This document shows, piece after piece, positions 41,700 to 50,424 of a stretch of DNA of 64,000 nt. The number at the start of each line of letters is the position of its first letter. Position 1 is the first letter of the stretch. The DNA is taken from assembly GCA_937930175.1 (NCBI GenBank), contig CALGLP010000015.1:132174-196173 (forward strand). The letters are read 5' to 3'. Below the pieces are notes generated by a model, which was not told the origin of the DNA, searched no databases, and saw only the letters and a list, made by a program, of their open reading frames with translations. The stretch is from an uncultured bacterium. GTDB lineage: Bacteria > Omnitrophota > Gorgyraeia > Zapsychrales > Aceulaceae. The translations under genes were made by a program, and so were the position numbers.

Positions 41700-43532
41700 C
41701 TACTCTACCGTCACAGACTTGGCCAGATTGCGCGGCTGATCCACATCATTGCCTCGCACAACGGCAATGTAATAGGCAAGAAGCTGCAAAGGAATCACAA
41801 CAATAAGAGGCGTGAGCATCGGATGCACCGACGGAACATAAAGGACATGATTAGCCTGCTGCTTGATGCTTGTGTCTCCTTGGGTGGCAACGGCAATGAT
41901 CTTTCCTTTGCGTGCACGGATCTCCTGCATATTGGAAATCACCTTCTCATAGGTCTCGGCTTGCGGACAAAGACAGACCACAGCGCGATATTCATCGATC
42001 AAGGCAATCGGCCCGTGCTTCATTTCGCCGGCCGCATACCCTTCCGCCGGAATATAAGAAATTTCTTTTAGTTTTAAGGCGCCTTCAAGCGCGGAGGGAT
42101 AATTGACATTGCGTCCCAAGAAAAGAAAGGATCCAAAATGAGAATTGGCCTTGGCCACTTTCGCAATAAGATGCTTTGTCTTTAAGATTGACGTGATCGC
42201 CAACGGAATTTTCTTTAAATCGTGAATCATCACCCTGGCCTTTGACGGCGAGAGACTCTTTTTCACAAGACTTAATTTTAAACCAAATAAATACATCATG
42301 GCAAGCTGGGCTGTATACGCCTTGGTTGAGGCCACGCCGATTTCCGGCCCGGCGTAAGTATAAAGCACGCCATGGGCTTCTCGGGTCAACGTTGATCCAA
42401 CAACATTGCAGATGGCAATGACTTTTCCTCCCCGCGCCTTAGCCTCTCGCGCTGCCGCCAAGGTATCCGCAGTTTCTCCCGACTGGCTAATCGCGATGAC
42501 AAGAGTATTCTTGCTAACGATCGGCAAGCGGTAGCGAAACTCACTTGAAAACTCAACAGAAACGGATACACCGGCCAACTGTTCAATGATATATTCGCCC
42601 ACAAGCCCGGCGTGATACGCGGTGCCGCAGCCAATGATAATCACATGTTGCATCTTGCGAAACTCTTGATCGGTGAGGCCCAGGCCATCAAGGTGAACAG
42701 AATTTCCCTTCAGCCGCGCCGACAACATGGTATGCAAAACATGCGCTTGTTCATGGATTTCTTTGAGCATAAAATGAGGGAATCCATCTTTTTGAACTGC
42801 GTCGAGCTTAAACATTACTTTTTGGATCTTGGGAGAAACACTGCGACCTTGCGCGTCGACAATCTTCATGGAATCTTTCTGCATCACGGCCACTTCCCCG
42901 TCCTTAAGATAAATGATCTTGCGCGTCCTGTCTAAAACCGCTGAAACATCCGAAGCTGCAAAATATTCACCTTGGCCAACACCAATGATCAATGGCGAAC
43001 CTAAGCGCGCCGCGATCAACGTATCTGGAAAATCGCTAGAAATAATTGCCAGCGCAAAAGAACCTCTTAGCTTTTTAATCGTTTTCTGAACAGCCGATAG
43101 GAAATCTTTTTTAAGAAATAAAGAGATCAAATGGGCAATGACCTCGGAGTCCGTTTCTGAAACAAAGCGGCAACCTTGGGCCTGAAGCTCTTTTTTAAGC
43201 TCTTGATAATTTTCAATAATACCATTATGAACAATCAAGATCTTGCCGCTGGCATCACTATGGGGATGCGCATTAGCCTTGGTTGGCTTGCCATGCGTGG
43301 CCCAGCGCGTATGCGAAATGCCAAGATGACTTAAAGGTAACGGATTGTTTTTAAGAAGATCAGATAAGTTTTGGATTTTACCAGGGGTTTTCTGAAGAGC
43401 GAGCTGCTGATTTTTCTGGGAAATGACGCCCACACCACAAGAATCATATCCCCGATACTCCAAACGCTTTAAAGCCGTCAGGAGTATCGGCGTCACATCT
43501 TTTGTGCCTACATAGCCTACAATTCCACACAT
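41700..43532 (-). CDS. glmS: Glutamine--fructose-6-phosphate aminotransferase
   Basis: 610 aa; MCGIVGY N-terminal nucleophile, two SIS domains, C-terminal …VTVE. Confidence 0.9.
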   Translation of the reverse strand: MCGIVGYVGTKDVTPILLTALKRLEYRGYDSCGVGVISQKNQQLALQKTPGKIQNLSDLLKNNPLPLSHLGISHTRWATHGKPTKANAHPHSDASGKILIVHNGIIENYQELKKELQAQGCRFVSETDSEVIAHLISLFLKKDFLSAVQKTIKKLRGSFALAIISSDFPDTLIAARLGSPLIIGVGQGEYFAASDVSAVLDRTRKIIYLKDGEVAVMQKDSMKIVDAQGRSVSPKIQKVMFKLDAVQKDGFPHFMLKEIHEQAHVLHTMLSARLKGNSVHLDGLGLTDQEFRKMQHVIIIGCGTAYHAGLVGEYIIEQLAGVSVSVEFSSEFRYRLPIVSKNTLVIAISQSGETADTLAAAREAKARGGKVIAICNVVGSTLTREAHGVLYTYAGPEIGVASTKAYTAQLAMMYLFGLKLSLVKKSLSPSKARVMIHDLKKIPLAITSILKTKHLIAKVAKANSHFGSFLFLGRNVNYPSALEGALKLKEISYIPAEGYAAGEMKHGPIALIDEYRAVVCLCPQAETYEKVISNMQEIRARKGKIIAVATQGDTSIKQQANHVLYVPSVHPMLTPLIVVIPLQLLAYYIAVVRGNDVDQPRNLAKSVTVE

Positions 43533-43558
43533 GGCGTATCACTTAAACGTTGAAGAAC

Positions 43559-43843
43559 TTAAGCAGCCTTTTTGCTTGTTTTCTTTTTTGGCTTGTCTTC
43601 GACAGAGCGAACATTAACAAAGGTCACAGACTTCTTATATTTTCCAGCTTTATGGGTAAAATAAACTTCCCCGTCACACCCTGCGGTCAAATGCATCCGC
43701 CCGATAACATTGATCCCAGGCTTCCATTTGCCACCCTCGCGGGTTAAGACCGTGCCGGATGTAACCTTGGATCCCCCGCTCACCTTGATGCCACGGGTTT
43801 CTTTGTAATTGATATGCGATATCCCACCAACTCGACCACCCAT
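43559..43843 (-). CDS. rpmA: 50S ribosomal protein L27-like
   Basis: 94 aa; aligns to L27 core (GIKVSGG..V.SGTVL.REGGKW.PG.NVG...H.L.A..DG.V.F); AAGGAGG RBS; N-terminus atypical. Confidence 0.65.
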   Translation of the reverse strand: MGGRVGGISHINYKETRGIKVSGGSKVTSGTVLTREGGKWKPGINVIGRMHLTAGCDGEVYFTHKAGKYKKSVTFVNVRSVEDKPKKKTSKKAA

Positions 43844-43954
43844 AAGAATCCTCCTTCACTGAGTCCGCCCCTTTGTACGGGCAGACAAATCAACCCCGCA
43901 ACGCACTATTGCTTTACGAGGTCACCCTAAGTTAAACCTTTATCCCAATACCCC

Positions 43955-44707
43955 TTATTTCTTTAACAACTCATCAATTTGTTTTTTAAGTTCTTCACTC
44001 GTGCGCGCATTTGTCTTTTTGCCATTAATAAAAAACGTCGGCGTGCCCTGAACCGAAGCTTTTCCAGCCGCGGTAAGATCCTCTTCGATCAATTTCTCAA
44101 ACTGCGCATCTTTTTCTTTGAGATCGCTCATAAATTTATCGACATTGATCCCAAGCTGCCCAGCCAATTCTTTAAATTTGGTTTCGGTTAAGTCTTTGGC
44201 ATTCTGAAAAATAAGCGCCATCATATCCCAATATTTGCCTTGCTCATTGGCAGCCCAAAGAGCCTTGGCTGCGGGACGAGCTTGCGGGTGATATCCTAAA
44301 GGAAAGCTTTTATAAACATACTTAACACCCTGAGGATAGGTCTTAACCACATCCCAAAAAATCGGATGAAACTTTTGCGAAAAGGGACATTGAACATCCG
44401 AAAATTCCACAATGATTACTTGGCCTTTCGGGTCACCGGCAATAGGAGAGGCGCCAAGGCTAATCTCATACACCTTATTAGGATCTTCAGCTGGTGGCTG
44501 TGGCAGGGCTTCAGCCTTTTTCCCAAACGTATTGCCACGGTTACTTAATTGCTTTAAAATTTCATCTTGTTTTGTTTCAAGAGCCGCAAGCTTTTGCAAT
44601 AAATTCTTTTCAAAAAGGAAATCTCGCTTATACTCTCTCATCTTAAGCCCAATCAAAACAAGAATACATGCCGCACACGCCCAAACAACAAGAATCTTTT
44701 TTGCCAT
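43955..44707 (-). CDS. DsbA-like thioredoxin-fold protein (CxxS variant)
   Basis: 250 aa; N-terminal membrane anchor, coiled segment, thioredoxin fold with CPFS in place of CxxC; AAGGAG RBS. Confidence 0.7.
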   Translation of the reverse strand: MAKKILVVWACAACILVLIGLKMREYKRDFLFEKNLLQKLAALETKQDEILKQLSNRGNTFGKKAEALPQPPAEDPNKVYEISLGASPIAGDPKGQVIIVEFSDVQCPFSQKFHPIFWDVVKTYPQGVKYVYKSFPLGYHPQARPAAKALWAANEQGKYWDMMALIFQNAKDLTETKFKELAGQLGINVDKFMSDLKEKDAQFEKLIEEDLTAAGKASVQGTPTFFINGKKTNARTSEELKKQIDELLKK

Positions 44708-44792
44708 ACAAGCTCCTTGGTTAAGTATTTTTCCTTCGCAAAAGAAAAGATTTTAGCGTATAAATACCTTTTTAGCAAACACTTTTAAATGA

Positions 44793-44914
44793 GGCCACAG
44801 CTTACGGACGAGCAGAGCGAGGAACGTAAGTTGTCTGGCCGAATTCCCCCTTCTTTAGTAGGGGGTCCGTTTTTAGCGGATATTCTCCGCCTCTTTTGGG
44901 CGGAGACAAATGAG
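44793..44914. repeat. Repeat family 1, copy A (stem-loop element with conserved loop GAGCGAGGAACGUAAGUUGU)
   Basis: Tandem with copy B; ggcca…tggcc stem enclosing conserved loop, then CCCCC/GGGGG and UCUCCGCC/GGCGGAGA hairpins. Confidence 0.6.
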
Positions 44915-44922
44915 ATTTTAAA

Positions 44923-45037
44923 CACATCACTTACGCGACCGAAGGGAGCGTTAAGTTACCTGTACGAATTCCCCTCCTTTAAGAAGGGTCGGTTTTTAAC
45001 AAATATTCTTCGCCATTTTTTGACGGAAACAAGTAGT
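44923..45037. repeat. Repeat family 1, copy B (degenerate)
   Basis: About 70% identical to copy A over ~110 nt. Confidence 0.55.
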
Positions 45038-45050
45038 GCAAGCCTATGAC

Positions 45051-45905
45051 CTAAAGCGGGATTCCACCGTAGACCGAAACAATATGTTTGATCTCTTTCC
45101 ACCGACGCCCGCTTTGACATCCAAAGATCGCGATGATCACATCATCGTTGCCTTTTTTCGTATAACCAACAAAGCAGGACTTGGCCGAACGCGTATAACC
45201 CGTTTTGCCATAGAGCTTTTGCTTCCATTTCGAAAAAAGAATATCATTGTGACTTGTTAAAGCAATTCTTCGCCCTGCTTGCGAATAAATAACTTTATGT
45301 TGATACGTTATAGCCTCACGAAAGAAAGAATACTTGAGCACCTCCCGGAAGATCAGATACATATCGTACGCTGTTGTGTACTGTGTTTGACCATGCGGCA
45401 AGCCGTGAGGGTTAACAACTTTTGTACTCTTACAACCAAGCGCCTTAGCACGCCGATTCATCATAGCAACAAACTCTGTCTCAGATCCCGCAACCGCTTC
45501 TGCCAAAACAACCGCCGCGTCATTGGCAGAATTAAGCAGCAGCGCGTAAAGAAGGCTTTTGACGTCGTACTGCTCCCCAGCTTTCACATGAATCTTGCTT
45601 GGCTGAGGATAAAGCGCTCTGCTACTAACAGTCACAACCTTGTCGAGGGGAAGCTTTTCTAAAACTAAAAGAGCGGTAAGGACCTTGACCGTACTCGCCG
45701 GAGGAACACGCGTATTAACGTTTTTCCCGTAAAGGCGTTTAGCTCGTGTGCTATTGGAAAAGATGACAGACCGCGCAGAAATTTTTCCTATGCCACGTTT
45801 TTTCTTAGCGGCCCAACTTTTCGCAATAGGAGAAAACAAAAAGACAAGGCTGAAGAAAAGGACAAACCAGGCCTTTGGCTTGAAAGACGCCATAACACTC
45901 CTCAA
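45051..45905 (-). CDS. D-alanyl-D-alanine carboxypeptidase (peptidase S11, PBP5/6-like)
   Basis: 284 aa; signal peptide; SxxK (ASTVK), SxN (SANDAA), KTG (KTGYT) motifs. Confidence 0.85.
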   Translation of the reverse strand: MRSVMASFKPKAWFVLFFSLVFLFSPIAKSWAAKKKRGIGKISARSVIFSNSTRAKRLYGKNVNTRVPPASTVKVLTALLVLEKLPLDKVVTVSSRALYPQPSKIHVKAGEQYDVKSLLYALLLNSANDAAVVLAEAVAGSETEFVAMMNRRAKALGCKSTKVVNPHGLPHGQTQYTTAYDMYLIFREVLKYSFFREAITYQHKVIYSQAGRRIALTSHNDILFSKWKQKLYGKTGYTRSAKSCFVGYTKKGNDDVIIAIFGCQSGRRWKEIKHIVSVYGGIPL

Positions 45906-46059
45906 AAGATATCGTTACCTATGGGTGGCAAAACTACAGACGAAATTATAGCACAAGCCCCCTGCTGAAAAAAAGGATGTTTACATTTTGTTTTATTTCC
46001 TTAACGCAAAAAAATATTTTATGTTATGATGAAAAAATCATCCACCAAAGGAGAGGACA

Positions 46060-46854
46060 ATGTTGGAAGCCATTATCTTAGGAATCATTCAAGGCGTGAC
46101 CGAGTGGGTCCCCGTGAGCTCTGAAGGAATGTTTGTCTTGGCCAAAGTCAAATTTTTTCATTCCACCTTTACTATCGAAGAGCTTATTCTCCAATCTTTA
46201 TTCTTACATTTAGGCACTTTTTTTGCCGCTTTGGTTTATTTCCGAGCCGAAATCTTTGCCCTCATCAAAGCGCTCTTTGCCTTTAAGCACACAGACATAG
46301 AAACAAGAAATACCTTTCGCTTCCTTCTTTTGACAACGCTCATCAGCAGCGTTTTAGGATTTGCCGTGATGTCTGGCATCAAACATTTCTCGTTCTCCTT
46401 TGAGAACTCTGGAAAAGCCATCACAATCCTTGTTGCTCTTCTTTTATTGATTACCGCAGGGCTTCAACTTCGCTCACAAAATCAAGGAAAAAAAGATACT
46501 AAAGATCTAAAACCCATAGATGGAGCTATGTTAGGTATCATCCAGGGCCTCGCAACATTGCCTGGACTTTCCCGTTCAGGAACAACGATCGCCTGCCTTC
46601 TTATGAAAGGCTTTGATAAAACTGTTGCTCTGCGCCTAAGCTTCTTGATGAGCCTTCCGATCATCCTTGCGGGAAATATTCTTCTTAATTTACGCAAGGC
46701 TCAATTCTCAGCGGAAAATCTTGTAAGCCTGGCTGTTTCCTTTGTGGTTGGATTGCTTTCAATCAACTTACTTTTCAAAGTTGCCGCGAAAATTAACTTT
46801 GGGATCTTTGTGGCATGTTTCGCACTTCTAGTTTTATCTTCTGTCTTCTTTTAA
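46060..46854 (+). CDS. uppP: Undecaprenyl-diphosphatase
   Basis: 264 aa; 8 TM; IIQGVTEWVPVSSEG and SRSGTTI motifs of BacA/UppP. Confidence 0.9.
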   Translation: MLEAIILGIIQGVTEWVPVSSEGMFVLAKVKFFHSTFTIEELILQSLFLHLGTFFAALVYFRAEIFALIKALFAFKHTDIETRNTFRFLLLTTLISSVLGFAVMSGIKHFSFSFENSGKAITILVALLLLITAGLQLRSQNQGKKDTKDLKPIDGAMLGIIQGLATLPGLSRSGTTIACLLMKGFDKTVALRLSFLMSLPIILAGNILLNLRKAQFSAENLVSLAVSFVVGLLSINLLFKVAAKINFGIFVACFALLVLSSVFF

Positions 46855-46895
46855 GAGTCCACAAAACAATATCCTCTTCCCGACCTCTTAAACGC

Positions 46896-48008
46896 TTACG
46901 CGCAAAATGCTGTTGCGGACAAATCCGTAAGAAATCTGGCTTTCAGCAAACCTTCATCCCATTCCCCTTGGGGCGTGGAATCCCAAACAATGCCGCCACC
47001 AATGCCCATTTCGCCGTGGCTGCCTTCGAGTAATAAAGTGCGGATCGGAATATTAAAATAAAAATCATGATTCGGCGCGATATAGCCAATAGCGCCGGTA
47101 TAAATTTTACGTTCCTCGCGCTCAAGGCCTTGGATGATCTGCATCGCGCGAATTTTCGGTGCACCAGTCACAGATCCCGATGGGAAAATGGCTTTAAAAA
47201 TATCAATTATTGGCCTCTCCTTAGCAAGGACCCCTTTAACCGTGGAGGTCATTTGATATAGCGTTTGATATGGCGTGACCGTAAAAAGTTTTGGCGTTCT
47301 AATCCGATTCGCAATTTTACCTAAATCATTTCTTAATAGATCAGCAATCATTACGTTTTCGGCGCGATTTTTCTCATCATGGCCAAGCTGCCAGCCTGCG
47401 GCTACATCTGAAAGAAAATTTTTGCCTCTGGGCCATGTCCCTTTCATGGGCTCCACAACAAGCCGTTTCTTTGTTTTCTTGATCAAGCGCTCCGGAGAAA
47501 GAGAAAGAATTTTGTATTGGCCTGTTTCAAGATAGGCGGGATATGGAACTGGTTGCCGACGCAAAAGCTGCGCATAAAGATCTTGGGCGTCCCCCGAGAA
47601 AGAAAAATGCAACTTAATGCAATAGGTGATCTGATATACATCACCCGAGGCAATGGCCGCTCGGATGTGAGCAATTGCCAAGGCATATTCCTCTTTTGAA
47701 ATATTGAGAGAGAACTCATGAACGGCAAAATGCGTCGCTCTTGATCCCTTGAAAGCAAAAGACTCTGGCCTTCGATACGCGCCCATGAGCAAAAGCGGAA
47801 AAGCGTATTCTTGATCTTGATGAAAAACTGTTTCAAAGCAATACCCTGCCTCATATGAAAGAAACCCAGCAATATAAAATCCCTCCCGGCGTAGCGCTTC
47901 CAGTTGATGAAAGGCATCCGCCAATTGCGAAGGATTTTTACAGCAAACAATGACGTCTGGCTTTGTGAAGAAAAAAGGCTTTTGTTCAAACTGGATCAAT
48001 ATATTCAT
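46896..48008 (-). CDS. pabB: Chorismate-binding enzyme, aminodeoxychorismate synthase component I-like
   Basis: Start at MNILIQ; SPERL, MKGTWPRGK, SGSVTGAPK, GIGGGIV motifs; small size (370 aa) favours PabB over TrpE. Confidence 0.75.
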   Translation of the reverse strand: MNILIQFEQKPFFFTKPDVIVCCKNPSQLADAFHQLEALRREGFYIAGFLSYEAGYCFETVFHQDQEYAFPLLLMGAYRRPESFAFKGSRATHFAVHEFSLNISKEEYALAIAHIRAAIASGDVYQITYCIKLHFSFSGDAQDLYAQLLRRQPVPYPAYLETGQYKILSLSPERLIKKTKKRLVVEPMKGTWPRGKNFLSDVAAGWQLGHDEKNRAENVMIADLLRNDLGKIANRIRTPKLFTVTPYQTLYQMTSTVKGVLAKERPIIDIFKAIFPSGSVTGAPKIRAMQIIQGLEREERKIYTGAIGYIAPNHDFYFNIPIRTLLLEGSHGEMGIGGGIVWDSTPQGEWDEGLLKARFLTDLSATAFCA

Positions 48009-48310
48009 GGAGCCCCACAACTAAAGTCGCGGTACCTTTCTGTATGTGATCCTTCTTCGCTCCAAAACTTTTATTTGGGAGCTTCGCAGGTTTCATCCGC
48101 CTTTCCAAAAAAGGGCGAACATCCGCCGAAGCACTGGTGCCACCATTTTCGCATTTCTCAACGTGCAAGCCCGTGGTATTCTGCGTAGGCGGATGACCTT
48201 TGGGCAGGTCTGGGTGCCCCTCTTTTAGCGAAGGGCTCAAGGTCATGACGCTGTCTTTAAAGATTTATTCTCCCTGGTCCACAACAACGCAGGGATTCTT
48301 TTGCAACACA
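48009..48310 (-). promoter_or_regulatory. Conserved structured 5' leader (repeat family 2, copy 1) upstream of pabB
   Basis: About 185-nt core (48014..48196) ~85% identical to 51033..51219; contains GGUACCGCG (T-box-like), CUUCGG tetraloop, duplicated GGCGGAUG able to pair with upstream CAUCCGCC; variable hairpin differs between copies but remains a hairpin. Confidence 0.45.
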
Positions 48311-48316
48311 GGCCTT

Positions 48317-48345
48317 AGTATAAATGGGAAGCTTAAGATAATCAA
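48317..48345 (-). promoter_or_regulatory. Putative sigma70 promoter of pabB leader (TTGATT-17-TATACT)
   Basis: Found by eye on minus strand about 300 nt upstream of pabB ATG. Confidence 0.4.
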
Positions 48346-48369
48346 GAAATTCTGGCGAAAGGATTGTTC

Positions 48370-48401
48370 GGGAGCCCCGCGGGAATACCCGCGGGGCTCC
48401 C
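48370..48401. terminator. GC-rich perfect palindrome hairpin (14-bp stem) downstream of rho
   Basis: GGGAGCCCCGCGGG-aaua-CCCGCGGGGCUCCC, 24 nt after rho stop; U-tract imperfect. Confidence 0.4.
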
Positions 48402-48424
48402 TAAAACCAACTTTCAATACTTTT

Positions 48425-49390
48425 CTAAGAATGCGAACTGATAGCGGCAAGCAAATCGTTATTAGTAGGATACACCTTTAATTTTTCAATCAGAGCCTGC
48501 GCGGCTTCAATCGGCCCCAAACCCGCAAGAGCACAACGCAACTTTTTCACCTGAGCCATTTCCTCTTTGCCAAGCAACAATTCTTCCTTGCGTGTTCCAC
48601 TTTTGGAAATATCAATAGCTGGAAATATGCGACGATTGGAAATATCACGCGAAAGAAAGATTTCCATATTCCCTGTTCCTTTAAACTCTTCAAAGATAAC
48701 TTGATCCATGCGGCTACCAGTTTCCACCAAGATCGTTGCCAGGATCGTCAGAGATCCTCCGTTCTCGATGTTACGCGCCGATCCAAAGATGCGTCGAGGA
48801 ATCTCAAGGGCGCGGGCATCCACGCCTCCAGACAAGGTCCTACCGCCCGAAGGCCGTTCCGCATTATGAACACGTGCCAGCCGCGTCAAGGAATCAATCA
48901 AGACCATCACATTTTCCCCTAAAGAAACTTCGCGGTACACCTGCTGCATCAAGGCATTGGCTGTGGCCACATGATGATCATAGGGTTGATCCGATGAAGA
49001 CCAGTGGACCTCCGCGGATATGTTGCGTCGGAAATCTGTGACCTCTTCTGGCCGTTCATCAATCAATAAGCAATACCGCTTAACGGTCGGACAACTTTGA
49101 GCCACAGCCTGACAAATATGCTTAAGAAGCGTTGTTTTGCCTGAACCAGGTGGCGCGACGATGAGCCCCCGCTGCCCCATGCCAATAGGACAAATCAAAT
49201 CCATCACCCTCATCGTGAGCTCAGGAAGACCCTCCTCGAGGCGCATGCGTGGCGAAGGATCAAGGGCAACCCCAGCAAAGAAACGCCCTTCGTCTTCATT
49301 GACTATTCTTCGCGGCTGAGGACGCGAAGACGGGTGACCCCTATGACGGGCCTGGTCATGTTTTCTTGAATGATGGGAAAATGGTTTCAT
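48425..49390 (-). CDS. rho: Transcription termination factor Rho, lacking most of the N-terminal RNA-binding domain
   Basis: 321 aa; Rho ATPase domain (GQRGLIVAPPGSGKTTLL, FPAIDISKSGTRKEELLL, Q- and R-loops) but only ~46 aa precede the connector; in-frame stop 4 codons upstream of ATG; His/Arg-rich N-tail. Confidence 0.8.
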   Translation of the reverse strand: MKPFSHHSRKHDQARHRGHPSSRPQPRRIVNEDEGRFFAGVALDPSPRMRLEEGLPELTMRVMDLICPIGMGQRGLIVAPPGSGKTTLLKHICQAVAQSCPTVKRYCLLIDERPEEVTDFRRNISAEVHWSSSDQPYDHHVATANALMQQVYREVSLGENVMVLIDSLTRLARVHNAERPSGGRTLSGGVDARALEIPRRIFGSARNIENGGSLTILATILVETGSRMDQVIFEEFKGTGNMEIFLSRDISNRRIFPAIDISKSGTRKEELLLGKEEMAQVKKLRCALAGLGPIEAAQALIEKLKVYPTNNDLLAAISSHS

Positions 49391-49554
49391 GGAGCTTTTA
49401 AATCAATTTCTTTTAGGACAACGCGAAGTTTAAACGATTGCAGCGGACCGATGCCTTTAACATCTCTATTCTATCTCCTATTCCTCCGTTAGAAAGCTTT
49501 TTCTCATTTTAATCTTCAAGCGCCTATAGGTCACCGTACAAACAAATGGTTTTT

Positions 49555-50424
49555 CTACAAACCTCTAAATATTTCTGGCCTCAAGCTGATATCCCCTTCA
49601 AGCGCAGCCTCCAGAGTTCTTAACAACATCGCTTTATCTTTAGGGAGTGTCCCTTCCAATGCAAGATGGTTTGACGCGTGATTTGAACGAAAAATTGTTT
49701 TCTGGAGATCAATCCCTTGCATGATTTCATACGATTCCCTCAACAACTCCATCACGTTTAATTCCTCAAAATCACCACGCTCAACTTCCCGCGCTAAAGG
49801 TGTTCCAGGAATAACCATAAGCGAAAGAAAAGATAAATATCTTGGCTGCATTCGATTCAATGCCGCAATGGTACCTTGAACGTGATCCTTGGAATGTTTT
49901 CTGCCACCCAAACCAAGCAAGACAATAACCGAAGACTTAATCCGTGCTTTTTCTGCCCTGTGAACCGCTTGAATCATTTCCTCAACGCTGGAAGACTTTC
50001 CGCATCGATCCAAAACATCCTGGCTCCCGCTTTCCAAGCCCATATAAAGGAGGCTTAGTTTATGCGCAGAAAGCTCTTCTAACTCGCGATCGCTTTTTCG
50101 CGTGATATGACATCCATTGGCGTAACTTGAAACACGCGCTAATCTGGGGAAAGCCTGCTCTAAATTTTCCAGGATGGGAACAAGCTTGCTATTGCTCAAA
50201 ACAAGGGCATCGCCATCCATCAAGAAAACGCGTCTAGTCTCTTGATGCCGACGGGCATGCGCATAAATATCCGCGCTTATGACCTTGGGATCTTTGATGC
50301 AAAAAGGTTTGCTTTTGTAGGCACCGCAAAAACTACAATGATCAGCGGAGCATCCAAGCGTAACCTGCAGGAGAAAACTATCTGCCTCTGAAGGTGGCCT
50401 TATCACAGGTTCTACGATCGGCAT
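49555..50424 (-). CDS. Radical SAM protein with non-canonical CX4CX2C cluster motif
   Basis: 289 aa; GCSADHCSFCG, glycine-rich SAM motif region, partial TIM barrel; start overlaps stop of upstream TPR gene. Confidence 0.7.
   Translation of the reverse strand: MPIVEPVIRPPSEADSFLLQVTLGCSADHCSFCGAYKSKPFCIKDPKVISADIYAHARRHQETRRVFLMDGDALVLSNSKLVPILENLEQAFPRLARVSSYANGCHITRKSDRELEELSAHKLSLLYMGLESGSQDVLDRCGKSSSVEEMIQAVHRAEKARIKSSVIVLLGLGGRKHSKDHVQGTIAALNRMQPRYLSFLSLMVIPGTPLAREVERGDFEELNVMELLRESYEIMQGIDLQKTIFRSNHASNHLALEGTLPKDKAMLLRTLEAALEGDISLRPEIFRGL

Noticed and set aside
41634-43000. Multiple ORFs antisense to glmS, the giant genes, the V-ATPase genes and others (e.g. 41634..42071+, 42612..42935+, 31233..31622+, 37483..37893+)
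   Set aside because: They lie entirely inside long, well-supported genes on the opposite strand, with no independent evidence.
44793-45037. CRISPR array
   Set aside because: Only two imperfect ~115-nt tandem units, with no short regular repeat-spacer periodicity and no cas genes anywhere in the window.
44789-45049. ORF 44789..45049 (+) spanning repeat copies A and B
   Set aside because: Its internal protein repeat is just the translated DNA repeat, and it is antisense to the surrounding operon direction with no RBS.
48046-48228. Small Arg-rich plus-strand ORFs inside both leader copies (48046..48228 and 51092..51379, shared KRANIRRS…TIFAFL…ILRRRM)
   Set aside because: The conservation follows from nucleotide identity of the repeat. 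The ORFs are antisense to the direction of the flanking genes and have no RBS, and one 3-nt indel preserving frame is weak evidence. An RNA leader is the more economical interpretation, but this is noted in case ribosome profiling says otherwise.
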